Part shown: one piece after another, positions 8,194 to 16,968 of the stretch
Position numbering within the stretch: position 1 is the first letter of the stretch
Layout: every line of letters begins with the position of its first letter
Origin: a virus
DNA length: 64,000 nucleotides
IMG/VR virus record: IMGVR_UViG_3300025168_000063
Location: 1 to 64,000 of that record
Reading direction: 5' to 3' (one strand)
Notes under the pieces: model-generated
Told to the model about the DNA's origin: nothing
The model's input: the letters and a program-made list of their open reading frames with translations, nothing else
Databases searched by the model: none
Program-made: the position numbers and the translations under genes

Positions 8194-9519
8194 ATGGATA
8201 ATTTTAATAAGTTGCAAGAGTTTGTAGATGAGTTGAATGCTACGAATAGTAAGAATGATAAGATCGAGATAATAAAGTCTCATAAGAATGATGAGTTTAT
8301 TACTAAGGTGTTGCACTACACATACAATCCGTATTTCAAGTATAATATAACGAGCTCTAACTGTAAGAAGAATTCAGATATTTGTGATATGAATTTTATG
8401 AATGAAAGTATATTTGATTTACTAGATGACCTCAAAGATAGAACATATACTGGTCATGATGCTATTGCAATGGTGAATGGTTTCATAATATCACATCAAG
8501 AGCATGAGCAATTGATCTGGAACATCTTAGATAAGAATCTTAAAACTAGAACCGACTCTAGCATCAATAAAGCAATACCAGGATTAGTTCCTGAGTTCAA
8601 AGTTGCACTAGCACAACCTTATGATAAGCAAGCTAAGAAAGTTGATTTTGAAACGCAAAGTTGGTTTGCATCTAGAAAGTTAGATGGTGTAAGATGTTTA
8701 GCTATAGTAGATGCCAATTACAATGTATCTCTATTCTCAAGACAGGGCAATCAATTCGAGACATTAGAAAAAGTAGAGCATGATATAAAAGCTCTATGTC
8801 AACATAACAACACTCCTAGTGTAGTATTTGATGGAGAGATCTGTCTAATGGATGAGAATGGTGTTGAAGACTTTCAAGGTATAATGAAACAGATCAAGAA
8901 GAAAGATTATCAAATGGACAATCCAATGTTCAAGATATTCGATTGTATTAGACTGAATGATTTTCACTCTCAATCGGGAGTAGAAGATTTATCATCTAGA
9001 ATAGAGTTGTGTGTACATTTATGTAACGAATACAATACGTGGGGATTGAATCACGTTACTGTTTTAGAACAATGGCCAGTAACTACAGATGCACACTTTC
9101 AGACATTATGTACGTTGGCTTCTAAGGAAGGTTGGGAAGGTCTTATGATTAGAGAGGATGTTCCTTATGAAGGCAAGAGAACAAATAGCTTATTAAAGGT
9201 TAAGAAGTTTCACGATGAGGAGTATACAGTTAACAATCTAATAATGGAAACGCATAGACTTATCGATAAAGTTACAGGATTGGAGACTGAAAGAGAAATG
9301 CTTGCTGCTGTAGAGATAGAGCACAAGGGTAATGTAGTAAAGGTGGGATCGGGATGGTCTCAAGAACAAAGAATACAATACAATGAAAATCCTAAAGACT
9401 TATTAGGTAAAACAATAACAGTACAATACTTTGAGGAAACTACTAATAAGGATGGAGAACATTCTTTAAGATTTCCAACTGTAAAGTTTGTATATGATAA
9501 CGAAGGAAGAACAGTGTAA
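8194..9519 (+). CDS. ATP-dependent DNA ligase
   Basis: KLDGVR, FDGE, IFD, EGLM, LLKVK, VGSG, SLRFP motifs. Confidence 0.95.
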   Translation: MDNFNKLQEFVDELNATNSKNDKIEIIKSHKNDEFITKVLHYTYNPYFKYNITSSNCKKNSDICDMNFMNESIFDLLDDLKDRTYTGHDAIAMVNGFIISHQEHEQLIWNILDKNLKTRTDSSINKAIPGLVPEFKVALAQPYDKQAKKVDFETQSWFASRKLDGVRCLAIVDANYNVSLFSRQGNQFETLEKVEHDIKALCQHNNTPSVVFDGEICLMDENGVEDFQGIMKQIKKKDYQMDNPMFKIFDCIRLNDFHSQSGVEDLSSRIELCVHLCNEYNTWGLNHVTVLEQWPVTTDAHFQTLCTLASKEGWEGLMIREDVPYEGKRTNSLLKVKKFHDEEYTVNNLIMETHRLIDKVTGLETEREMLAAVEIEHKGNVVKVGSGWSQEQRIQYNENPKDLLGKTITVQYFEETTNKDGEHSLRFPTVKFVYDNEGRTV

Positions 9520-9650
9520 TGATAGAATTTCTAAAACACGCCACAGGGCTATGTGGAGAGCCACACCCAAGTTTATTAACATTATTATATGGTACACCAG
9601 TACTAGGATATATAATGTATAAAGTAAAAAATAAATTCAAAAGAAAATAA
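9519..9650 (+). CDS. Small protein (43 aa, HxxGxCGEPHP)
   Basis: Hand-translated; coupled to the ligase stop. Confidence 0.6.
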   Translation: MIEFLKHATGLCGEPHPSLLTLLYGTPVLGYIMYKVKNKFKRK

Positions 9651-9651
9651 C

Positions 9652-9807
9652 ATGATAGACACGATAGCAGTAATATTTGGAATGACATTTGTAGGAGTAA
9701 TACTTATATGTTTGGTATGGACCATACTAGGCTACATCACAGAAGCATATGCTCCGAATAACAAACTAGAAGAAAATATTAGAAAATTTGATAAGAAGTC
9801 AAGATGA
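9652..9807 (+). CDS. Small single-TM protein (51 aa)
   Basis: Hand-translated MIDTIAVIFGMTFVGVILICLVW... Confidence 0.6.
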   Translation: MIDTIAVIFGMTFVGVILICLVWTILGYITEAYAPNNKLEENIRKFDKKSR

Positions 9808-9968
9808 TTAAAGCAATAAGAATACTAGAAGTTCCACTACTACTATTGACGATAGCGTTTGGCTGTATGCAAGAGGATGCTATTACCACTGCAGTATTCC
9901 TTATAGTCATATCAATAATCAGATTAATAGTAAACGTAATAACTGATAGCTCAATATATAAAAGATAA
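9804..9968 (+). CDS. Small two-TM protein (54 aa)
   Basis: Hand-translated MIKAIRILEVPLLLLTIAFG...; ATGA overlap. Confidence 0.6.
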   Translation: MIKAIRILEVPLLLLTIAFGCMQEDAITTAVFLIVISIIRLIVNVITDSSIYKR

Positions 9969-9994
9969 AATTTTGAAATTAAATGCACTAACTG

Positions 9995-10025
9995 TTGACT
10001 TTCTGGAAAATATTTAGTATATTAA
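9995..10025 (+). promoter_or_regulatory. Early promoter
   Basis: TTG-N20-TATATTAA. Confidence 0.65.
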
Positions 10026-10073
10026 AGATAACTAAAGTATATCACTTTAGTAGTAATAATAAAAACAAACAAC

Positions 10074-10427
10074 ATGGCTTATAAACAACCGATAGATTAT
10101 TCAGCTAAACAATTAAAATTTAAAAAGCTTCAAAAGAAGGTAAGAAGAATTAGTCCTAAGGCAACATCCCATTCGAATACAAATGGTACGTATACTGTAT
10201 TAGATAAAAATAATAGATCAGTAATCCGTGAAGAACATCTAATGCCTCCAGCTAGTACTGTATTTCAAGCTTGGGAGCAAGCTGCAGTCTGTGTACATGC
10301 AGATAAGGTTATATCTGGTAACGGTAAGGCATTCAAAGCAAACAAAAAGGCAAGGGAACTATCTGCAGCAATGGAGAATTTCTTTGGCGACGAAAACGTC
10401 TATGAGGACGATATATTTAATAATTAA
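10074..10427 (+). CDS. Hypothetical protein
   Basis: ORF after the promoter. Confidence 0.7.
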   Translation: MAYKQPIDYSAKQLKFKKLQKKVRRISPKATSHSNTNGTYTVLDKNNRSVIREEHLMPPASTVFQAWEQAAVCVHADKVISGNGKAFKANKKARELSAAMENFFGDENVYEDDIFNN

Positions 10428-10469
10428 TTTTTAACTAAGACCGGCTTGCAGCCCAACTGCTAAATTAAA

Positions 10470-10802
10470 ATGAAAAAATTTGATAAATTTTCAAGAAGTA
10501 AACCGACTATCCACAATCAGAATAAACCATTCAATAAAAAGAAGTATGGACCTACATGGGATCATATTAGATATGAGTTGAAGACTGGAGAGGTTGTTGT
10601 TCCGGATGGAGCCAATCAAGCTTTAATGGCAACTCTGTACTTAGGTAAGTGTGGACATATCGACTTAACGTATACAGAGTTATCTAGAATCATAGAGACT
10701 TGTCAAGATGCGCAGCATGCATCTCGTATTAGTCAGCGGTTAGGAGGAGTGGAAACTCCCATGGCTACAAACAAAGGTCTGAGCACAAGGAGAATGAACT
10801 AA
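10470..10802 (+). CDS. Hypothetical protein
   Basis: ORF track, operon context. Confidence 0.7.
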   Translation: MKKFDKFSRSKPTIHNQNKPFNKKKYGPTWDHIRYELKTGEVVVPDGANQALMATLYLGKCGHIDLTYTELSRIIETCQDAQHASRISQRLGGVETPMATNKGLSTRRMN

Positions 10803-11047
10803 TGGAAACAGTATTAACAATTGTAGTGGGTGCGCTAATAGGCGCAGCTGCTACATATTTATTAACGAAAAGATCAGCATCTGATATTAAAGGATTGCTA
10901 TACGATCAACAATTGGTAAATAAATTTTTAAAAGAGTATTTGAATAAATCAAATAAACCTAATAATGGCAAAAGGAAATTTTATAAAAACAAGCGTTCAC
11001 AAAAAACTGGAACAGCTGGGCACAAGTCTAATCAACCAAGCAAATAG
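10802..11047 (+). CDS. Small basic protein with N-terminal TM
   Basis: VLTIVVGALIGAAATYLL followed by a Lys-rich tail. Confidence 0.65.
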   Translation: METVLTIVVGALIGAAATYLLTKRSASDIKGLLYDQQLVNKFLKEYLNKSNKPNNGKRKFYKNKRSQKTGTAGHKSNQPSK

Positions 11048-11390
11048 TAGCAAAGCTTTGGAGGATATAGGTAACACGAAAGATGTGACATCATTGCGAA
11101 ATGCAATAAACAATATATTCGATGAAGCGGGAGCAGGAGAGTATAACGCTACACGTCTCAATGATGTTTTATCTAAAGGAAAAAATTTACTATCCTTGAT
11201 TAGAAGCAATCATTACTCGGTTAAAGATTCTACCAACTTCGATATAGAAGCTATAGAGCAGGACCTTGGTGATGCTCAAGATATTATTTTCAGAATTGAA
11301 AGCATTAAGATGGTAAGTGTAGATCAGTTGAAGGAAATGAATGCATTGCATAGCAAGCATGTTAAAATACAAAAACTTGTAAAAGAATAA
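10965..11390 (+). CDS. Hypothetical helical protein
   Basis: ORF track; overlaps the upstream ORF, start uncertain. Confidence 0.6.
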   Translation: MAKGNFIKTSVHKKLEQLGTSLINQANSSKALEDIGNTKDVTSLRNAINNIFDEAGAGEYNATRLNDVLSKGKNLLSLIRSNHYSVKDSTNFDIEAIEQDLGDAQDIIFRIESIKMVSVDQLKEMNALHSKHVKIQKLVKE

Positions 11391-11392
11391 AC

Positions 11393-12064
11393 ATGACAAA
11401 TTATAATATGAGATATACAGCTAACCGTGATAGAGTATCAGCGTTAGAGTATTTAAAGCAACTTATACAAAAAAATCCAAATGCTAGAATATTAGACATA
11501 GGTGGAAATCACAATACGTGGGCAAGTCAATATGCAACCCATTATGTAGATTTATTTGAAGTAGCTGGAGCGAAGACATTTATAGGTAATATGAATATGT
11601 ATCACGTATGGCAGGATGTTTATAAAGATGTTGAAGAGAATGGAAAATTTGACTTTTGTGTATGTACACATACGTTAGAGGATGTTTGTAATCCTCAGAT
11701 GCCATTATACTTTATGCCAATCATTGCGCATGAAGGATATATAGCTACTCCATCTAAGTATGCAGAGTTGACAACTAACATATATGCATTCAAAGGATCA
11801 CTCCACCATAGATGGATATTCAACAACCAAGACGGTCAATGTGTAATATATCCAAAAGTCAGTTACATCGAACGTGAACAAAAGTTTGATAGAATCTGCT
11901 ACCCTACTTGGGATGCAATGCTAGCTGATAAGGTTGAGGAGTTGCAGTTCTTTTGGAAAGAATCCATAGATTATAGATTTATGAACAATGACTATATGGG
12001 CCCATCTGATGCAGCTGTGTTTAGATATTATGATGGATTGTTAAACGATGAAGTTAAGATTTGA
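11393..12064 (+). CDS. Class I SAM-dependent methyltransferase-like protein
   Basis: RILDIGG motif I; KFDFCVCTHTLED. Confidence 0.7.
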   Translation: MTNYNMRYTANRDRVSALEYLKQLIQKNPNARILDIGGNHNTWASQYATHYVDLFEVAGAKTFIGNMNMYHVWQDVYKDVEENGKFDFCVCTHTLEDVCNPQMPLYFMPIIAHEGYIATPSKYAELTTNIYAFKGSLHHRWIFNNQDGQCVIYPKVSYIEREQKFDRICYPTWDAMLADKVEELQFFWKESIDYRFMNNDYMGPSDAAVFRYYDGLLNDEVKI

Positions 12065-12428
12065 TATTTATATGCAGACAATGAATAGTAACTACGATAT
12101 AAACGATCCGGATAACAATGATTTAATAGTACATGAATCAATGGATAACGTGTATAGTATAATAACAAAGCAGGATACATATCATACCATCTCAGAGCGT
12201 AAAGGTAGAGTATTAATGTTATTCAATCCCTTTGATAAACGTCCTGATGTGGATGAGCTTATTGACACGCTTATTGAATACTATGCATTACCAGACATTG
12301 AGATGTATGAGAGATGTGCTGAGCTTGTAAAGCTAAAGCAATCAGATAAGAAGTTTTCTGTTGAAGACATATTTGAATCTGATATAGAGTTTGATCCTGA
12401 CTGGGATATTGAAGATAATGACCGCTAG
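12048..12428 (+). CDS. Hypothetical protein with UVR-like helix
   Basis: EMYERCAELVKLK; acidic tail. Confidence 0.6.
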   Translation: MKLRFDIYMQTMNSNYDINDPDNNDLIVHESMDNVYSIITKQDTYHTISERKGRVLMLFNPFDKRPDVDELIDTLIEYYALPDIEMYERCAELVKLKQSDKKFSVEDIFESDIEFDPDWDIEDNDR

Positions 12429-12656
12429 TACTTTTATTAGCTGCTCTTTTGGACGAGGGTTCGAAACCCTCCACCTCCACTAAACAATTTACATTATGGG
12501 GGTGACTGGCTTTGACAGGGAGATAAGGATAAGAGGAAGGTCAACGCGTAACTGGCGAACAAGTTGAAATGGCGATGGCGGCTTAGGCACCCTGACCCCC
12601 CGGCCTAAAAGGGTATGGTCGTCAAATAACCTGGTTGGGTGGAGGTACTAATAAAA
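12424..12656 (+). ncRNA. ssrA: Circularly permuted (two-piece) tmRNA, tag GEQVEMAMAA*
   Basis: T-arm GAGGG-TTCGAAA-CCCTC and 3' acceptor strand CACCTCC-A (12455-12479) lie before the 5' strand GGGGGTG-ACTGGCTTTGAC (12498); G3.U pair; tag ORF 12554-12586. Outer boundaries approximate. Confidence 0.9.
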
Positions 12657-12661
12657 AAGGA

Positions 12662-13117
12662 ATGATAGACATGGCAGCTAAAAAGTGGACAATAGAGGAT
12701 GTACTCGATCCCGATTCTGACTTCTGGATATTTGAAGAAGAAGAAATTTGGGATTGGTTAGACCGTATACCAAATGAGCGCCAAGACCAAGCATTTAAAA
12801 ATATAGAAGAATGGATCGCAGATGGAGATATCAAACTAGAAGAACCATTTGATACGAAACCGCTCAAGGATCAATTTGAATCCAACCTCAACAACTTGCA
12901 GGACACTAAACGTCTGCAGAGTATGATTCAATCTGATATGATTAATGTTACTATGGTAAATAATATGGTTGCACTATCAGCTAAGAATCTACCAAAGCTC
13001 AAAGAGATGAAGGATCTAATGGAGAGCCACGGAAACAAATTTGTCGAGTACAGATTTAGATTAAATAAAAATGAAGAAAAGGTACATACGTACATATTTA
13101 TTATTGAAGGCAACTAA
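12662..13117 (+). CDS. Hypothetical protein
   Basis: ORF track; ATG at 12662 or 12671 preferred over TTG 12635. Confidence 0.7.
   Translation: MIDMAAKKWTIEDVLDPDSDFWIFEEEEIWDWLDRIPNERQDQAFKNIEEWIADGDIKLEEPFDTKPLKDQFESNLNNLQDTKRLQSMIQSDMINVTMVNNMVALSAKNLPKLKEMKDLMESHGNKFVEYRFRLNKNEEKVHTYIFIIEGN
13095..13101 (+). promoter_or_regulatory. Putative late promoter TATTTAT
   Basis: Same motif precedes several structural operons. Confidence 0.55.
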
Positions 13118-13164
13118 TACAGTAGGTTGGGTGTCTTAACATAAAATCATTTAAGGAGATTAAT

Positions 13165-13596
13165 ATGACAACATTCTTTCAAGAAAGGTTCTATCCAACG
13201 GACCTATTATTCAGAAATTTTTTCGACGGAGAAGCTTCATTTAGAGGCTTACAAGATAACAAACCAAGCTATCCAGTAGATATATATCTACAAGAGGATA
13301 ATTTATGTTTTGATATTGCATGCGTCGGGTTGGAAAAAAGTGATATAGATGTCACAGTAGAAGGCAGTACATTATTGATTGCCTATACAAAACCAAGTGT
13401 AGAATCAAACCCATCAGATGTTAAAGCACCGGACTATATCCATAAAGGTATAGCTCGAAGAAGCTTTGATATGGGATGGAAAGTAAGTCCGAAGTTCGAT
13501 CTTACAAATATAAACGCAACAATGGCTAACGGATTATTGAAAGTGGTAGTACCAGTTTCAGAGGAAAGTAAGCCAAAATTAGTTACAATTAAGTAA
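13165..13596 (+). CDS. hsp20: Small heat-shock protein (Hsp20/alpha-crystallin)
   Basis: YPVDI, YIHKGIARRSF, ATMANGLLKVVVP. Confidence 0.93.
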   Translation: MTTFFQERFYPTDLLFRNFFDGEASFRGLQDNKPSYPVDIYLQEDNLCFDIACVGLEKSDIDVTVEGSTLLIAYTKPSVESNPSDVKAPDYIHKGIARRSFDMGWKVSPKFDLTNINATMANGLLKVVVPVSEESKPKLVTIK

Positions 13597-13627
13597 AATA
13601 TGATACCCAACCTACTGGAGTTATATG

Positions 13628-13658
13628 GAATAGAGTAGCAATGCTCTATTCTTTTTTT
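13628..13658 (+). terminator. Intrinsic terminator
   Basis: gaatagagta-gcaa-tgctctattc followed by T7. Confidence 0.85.
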
Positions 13659-13710
13659 ACAAACACACATATGTATAATATATGAATATAAGTTATAAAA
13701 GAGAAAAACT

Positions 13711-13890
13711 ATGAAGTATAAACAAGAAGTACAAGAAAAACTGAATCAAGCAGATCAATTATTATTCACTATTCTAGAAGGCATGCGCGATAAAAAAATT
13801 ACTGTTGAACTAGCCGTTGATAAAATGAGACAAGCAAGGCAATTGGTAAAGGAATGTGAAGCTAGGGTTCAAATAAATTACGATAGCTAA
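13711..13890 (+). CDS. Small helical protein (59 aa)
   Basis: Hand-translated MKYKQEVQEKLNQADQLL... Confidence 0.65.
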   Translation: MKYKQEVQEKLNQADQLLFTILEGMRDKKITVELAVDKMRQARQLVKECEARVQINYDS

Positions 13891-13892
13891 TA

Positions 13893-15023
13893 ATGAAAAA
13901 AAGACTTTTTCCATTTACAATAGGACTAGCTGCATTGGCCGTCTCTGGCTCTGCTGCATTCTATTCTGTATTTGGTTTAAGTAAATTGTTCGCAGGAGCT
14001 AGCCTACAAGTAATTATAATGGCTGGTTCATTAGAATTTGCTAAACTGGTTACTGCATCCCTACTATATCAGTACTGGGACTCTATCAATAAATTTTTAA
14101 GAACATACCTATCAATAGCTGTATTTATTTTAATGGTAATTACCTCCGGCGGTATATACGGATTCTTATCTGGTGCATATCAAGAGACAGCAACCAAATC
14201 AGAATTTCTAGATAAGTCATTAGCTGTATTGGAAATCAAACAAACCAGATTTGAAGAAAGTAAGTCTGATGCTAAGATAGAAAAGACACAGTTAACTAAA
14301 TCAATATCAGATTTAAGAATTGCACTTTCTAATCCAGCTCAGGTACAATATATAGATAAAGAATCAGGACAGCTAATTACAACAACATCTAGTTCTTCCA
14401 GAAGAGCATTGCAATCTGAATTAAATAAAACGATAGAAGATAGAAATAACCTTAATCTAAAGTTAGAGGTAATACAAGATTCTATTATGTCGTTAGATAC
14501 TCGATTGTTAGATTTAGCTATTTCAAATGAAGATGAGAGAGAGCTGGGCCCATTAAAATACCTAGCAGAAACAACGGGTAAGGATATGGGACAAGTTGTT
14601 AATTGGTTTTTACTATTGATAGTATTTGTTTTTGATCCATTAGCAATTGCAATGGTGGTCGCAGCTAATTTTGCTTTTGCACAAATCAAACCTAAAGAAG
14701 AAATAAAAATGTCAGTACCTGATGGAATGGAATTTAATAAACCATATCCCATACCACTACCGCCTTCACCACCACTAGAAGAATTTGATAACATTCCAGA
14801 GGAGACAAAGAATAAAGAAGATCAGTTAATGTTAGAAGCAGAAAAGCGAATGAACATAATAGGACAAAATGGAAATGATGGACTCCATTATGAGGAACAA
14901 GAAAATAATTTATATGGTGATAAGGCAACAGATAATGCTAGACGACAAGCTGGATGGTATCAATTTCCCAACGGACATTGGAGAGATTCAGAAGGAGACG
15001 AGCATCCGCCATTAGGTTTATAG
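13893..15023 (+). CDS. Multi-TM coiled-coil membrane protein
   Basis: Three N-terminal TMs, a coiled coil, then ELGPLKY...LIVFVFDPLAI TM. Confidence 0.8.
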   Translation: MKKRLFPFTIGLAALAVSGSAAFYSVFGLSKLFAGASLQVIIMAGSLEFAKLVTASLLYQYWDSINKFLRTYLSIAVFILMVITSGGIYGFLSGAYQETATKSEFLDKSLAVLEIKQTRFEESKSDAKIEKTQLTKSISDLRIALSNPAQVQYIDKESGQLITTTSSSSRRALQSELNKTIEDRNNLNLKLEVIQDSIMSLDTRLLDLAISNEDERELGPLKYLAETTGKDMGQVVNWFLLLIVFVFDPLAIAMVVAANFAFAQIKPKEEIKMSVPDGMEFNKPYPIPLPPSPPLEEFDNIPEETKNKEDQLMLEAEKRMNIIGQNGNDGLHYEEQENNLYGDKATDNARRQAGWYQFPNGHWRDSEGDEHPPLGL

Positions 15024-15031
15024 AAAAAAAG

Positions 15032-15062
15032 TTGGTTGTTTGAAAAAAATTATGTATATTTA
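15032..15062 (+). promoter_or_regulatory. Early promoter
   Basis: TTG-N20-TATATTTA. Confidence 0.65.
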
Positions 15063-15075
15063 ATTAAAGTTACAG

Positions 15076-15549
15076 ATGAAGAAAACAGAAGACATAGAAT
15101 ACGACGTACAACACGTAGATGGTGTTAGACACATGGAGTGTAGAGATTGTGGACAATATGTTCCAACAGCAGAAGGAACATCAGCTACCACATGTCACGA
15201 GTGCGTCAGAGAAAATTATGAGAAGGAGTTTCCTTTTACTCCAACAAAAAGTTATAAAGGATCTGGGAAGCCAAGAGGGTGGGCTTTCATGAAGGAATTC
15301 GTTGATAAAGATGGTAACGTATTTCATAAAGGTAAAGAGCAACCAAAACTAAAAGGAACGCTTAAACCAACACCACCGAAGCCGAAGTCGGCAAAACCAA
15401 AACTCTCAAAGATACAAAAAGCTAACCTCAAGCGTCAAGCTATGATCACATATCATAAGCTAAAGAAGTCTCTAAACAAAGCTAAAACAAAAAAGGCTGC
15501 AAGAGAAATTCAGAGGGAAATCAGAAAGCTGGAAAAAATAATCAAGTAA
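15076..15549 (+). CDS. Zinc-ribbon protein with basic C-terminus
   Basis: CRDC...CHEC; GWAFMKEFVDKDGNVF; Lys-rich tail. Confidence 0.75.
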   Translation: MKKTEDIEYDVQHVDGVRHMECRDCGQYVPTAEGTSATTCHECVRENYEKEFPFTPTKSYKGSGKPRGWAFMKEFVDKDGNVFHKGKEQPKLKGTLKPTPPKPKSAKPKLSKIQKANLKRQAMITYHKLKKSLNKAKTKKAAREIQREIRKLEKIIK

Positions 15550-15553
15550 ATCG

Positions 15554-15584
15554 TTGCGTAATCCAAATAAATGTTGTATATTTA
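15554..15584 (+). promoter_or_regulatory. Early promoter
   Basis: TTG-N20-TATATTTA. Confidence 0.7.
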
Positions 15585-15609
15585 AGTATAAATATAAAAG
15601 CGGATAACT

Positions 15610-16155
15610 ATGACTAAAAAAAGAATATATATTGATATGGACGGCGTCTTAGCTAACTTTCAAAAAGAAGCTGATAAGATTCCAGAGGTAGGACACCCAG
15701 ACGAAGTATTAGATTTCTCAACATTTGAAGTGATGCCAGGTGCCACGGAAGCGGTGGAAGCATTATGGGAGGCAGGTTATGATTTATTCATTGCAACTAC
15801 TCCACCATGGGACAATCCAGATTCTTGGGGACAGAAGAGAAACTGGATAGCAGAACACTTTCCATCTCTCAAAAGAAAAATGTTCTTAACACACCGTAAG
15901 GATTTATTGATAGGAGATATTCTAATTGATGATACAACTCGTAGAGGTCAAACAGAATTCCAAGGTGAATTTATACACTTTGCAACTGACAAATTTCCAA
16001 CTTGGAAAGAGGTCGTGAATCATTTAACTGAGGATACTCAGATTTCATTATTTGATGATCCACAATACATATATGAAAGAAACCCAGACACTAACGTTAT
16101 TAGAAAAAGAATAGCTGGTGACTATAGCAATGAGGTTGAGATAACAAATGGATAA
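15610..16155 (+). CDS. 5'(3')-deoxyribonucleotidase (HAD, NT5C-like)
   Basis: IYIDMDGVL, K..W..EHF, GDILIDD. Confidence 0.88.
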   Translation: MTKKRIYIDMDGVLANFQKEADKIPEVGHPDEVLDFSTFEVMPGATEAVEALWEAGYDLFIATTPPWDNPDSWGQKRNWIAEHFPSLKRKMFLTHRKDLLIGDILIDDTTRRGQTEFQGEFIHFATDKFPTWKEVVNHLTEDTQISLFDDPQYIYERNPDTNVIRKRIAGDYSNEVEITNG

Positions 16156-16357
16156 GATTGAATACACTAGAGGCACATATTCTAAGGAAGCTCAGAAAGT
16201 AGTTTTAGAAGTTAGAGAAGATTTAGATATACACGAATTCAAAACAATGTGCAGAAGATTAGCTGCATCGTTAGGATATAACTCGGAAAGTATTAATGAA
16301 GCTTTTGGAGATATAACACCTAAAGCAGATGCTATTAAAAAAATATTAAAAGGATAA
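16148..16357 (+). CDS. Hypothetical protein
   Basis: Coupled ORF. Confidence 0.7.
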   Translation: MDKIEYTRGTYSKEAQKVVLEVREDLDIHEFKTMCRRLAASLGYNSESINEAFGDITPKADAIKKILKG

Positions 16358-16360
16358 TAT

Positions 16361-16966
16361 ATGTCAATATATGAAGACAAGGTGGCCCCAATTAAACCGG
16401 TAGAAGATAATCAACCAAACGCTAAAGATATATTCAATGAGATAACATATCAGTTTGATATAACCGATAGTGTTGTATATTTAGTTGGAGAGATAGACGG
16501 ATTTACGTTATTAGATATGATGACACGTATTCGAACAATCCTAAAAAATAGAGCAGATGAAGATGCGCAACCAATTAATATGATTATAAATTCGGAAGGG
16601 GGATGTGTATATGAAATGTTAGCAATAGTTGATTATATGAATTCACTACCAGTACCTGTAAACACAATCTGTAGAGGTAAAGCCTTTTCAGCAGCTGCAT
16701 TAATATTAGCTAGTGGGACTGGTACAAGATACGCTAGCAAGCACTCATCGATAATGTTCCATCAATCATCAGCATGGTTACAAGGAAAACAGTCAGATAT
16801 AAAAGCTAGCATTCATCATGTATCTGAAATAGATAAAACGTCTAATGTATTATTGAGTGATAAGACTACACTATCTGCAGAAGAATGGGAGCAAGCTCAA
16901 CGGACTGACTATTGGTTATCATCTCAACAAGCACTCGATATAAAAGTTATTGACCAAATAATATAA
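16361..16966 (+). CDS. clpP: ClpP protease subunit
   Basis: INSEGG, catalytic Ser in AFSAA, His in MFHQ, Asp in RTDYW. Confidence 0.9.
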   Translation: MSIYEDKVAPIKPVEDNQPNAKDIFNEITYQFDITDSVVYLVGEIDGFTLLDMMTRIRTILKNRADEDAQPINMIINSEGGCVYEMLAIVDYMNSLPVPVNTICRGKAFSAAALILASGTGTRYASKHSSIMFHQSSAWLQGKQSDIKASIHHVSEIDKTSNVLLSDKTTLSAEEWEQAQRTDYWLSSQQALDIKVIDQII

Positions 16967-16968
16967 TT

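Noticed and set aside
12451-12482. tRNA-Ala or tRNA pseudogene
   Set aside because: No upstream D or anticodon arm; the pairing 5' strand lies downstream and leads into a tag ORF, which fits a permuted tmRNA.
12593-12624. c-di-GMP-I riboswitch resemblance (CCGGCCTAAA...TATGG)
   Set aside because: Only a tetraloop-receptor-like hairpin; the GCAAA/GNRA P2 part is missing. More likely the tmRNA 3' domain.
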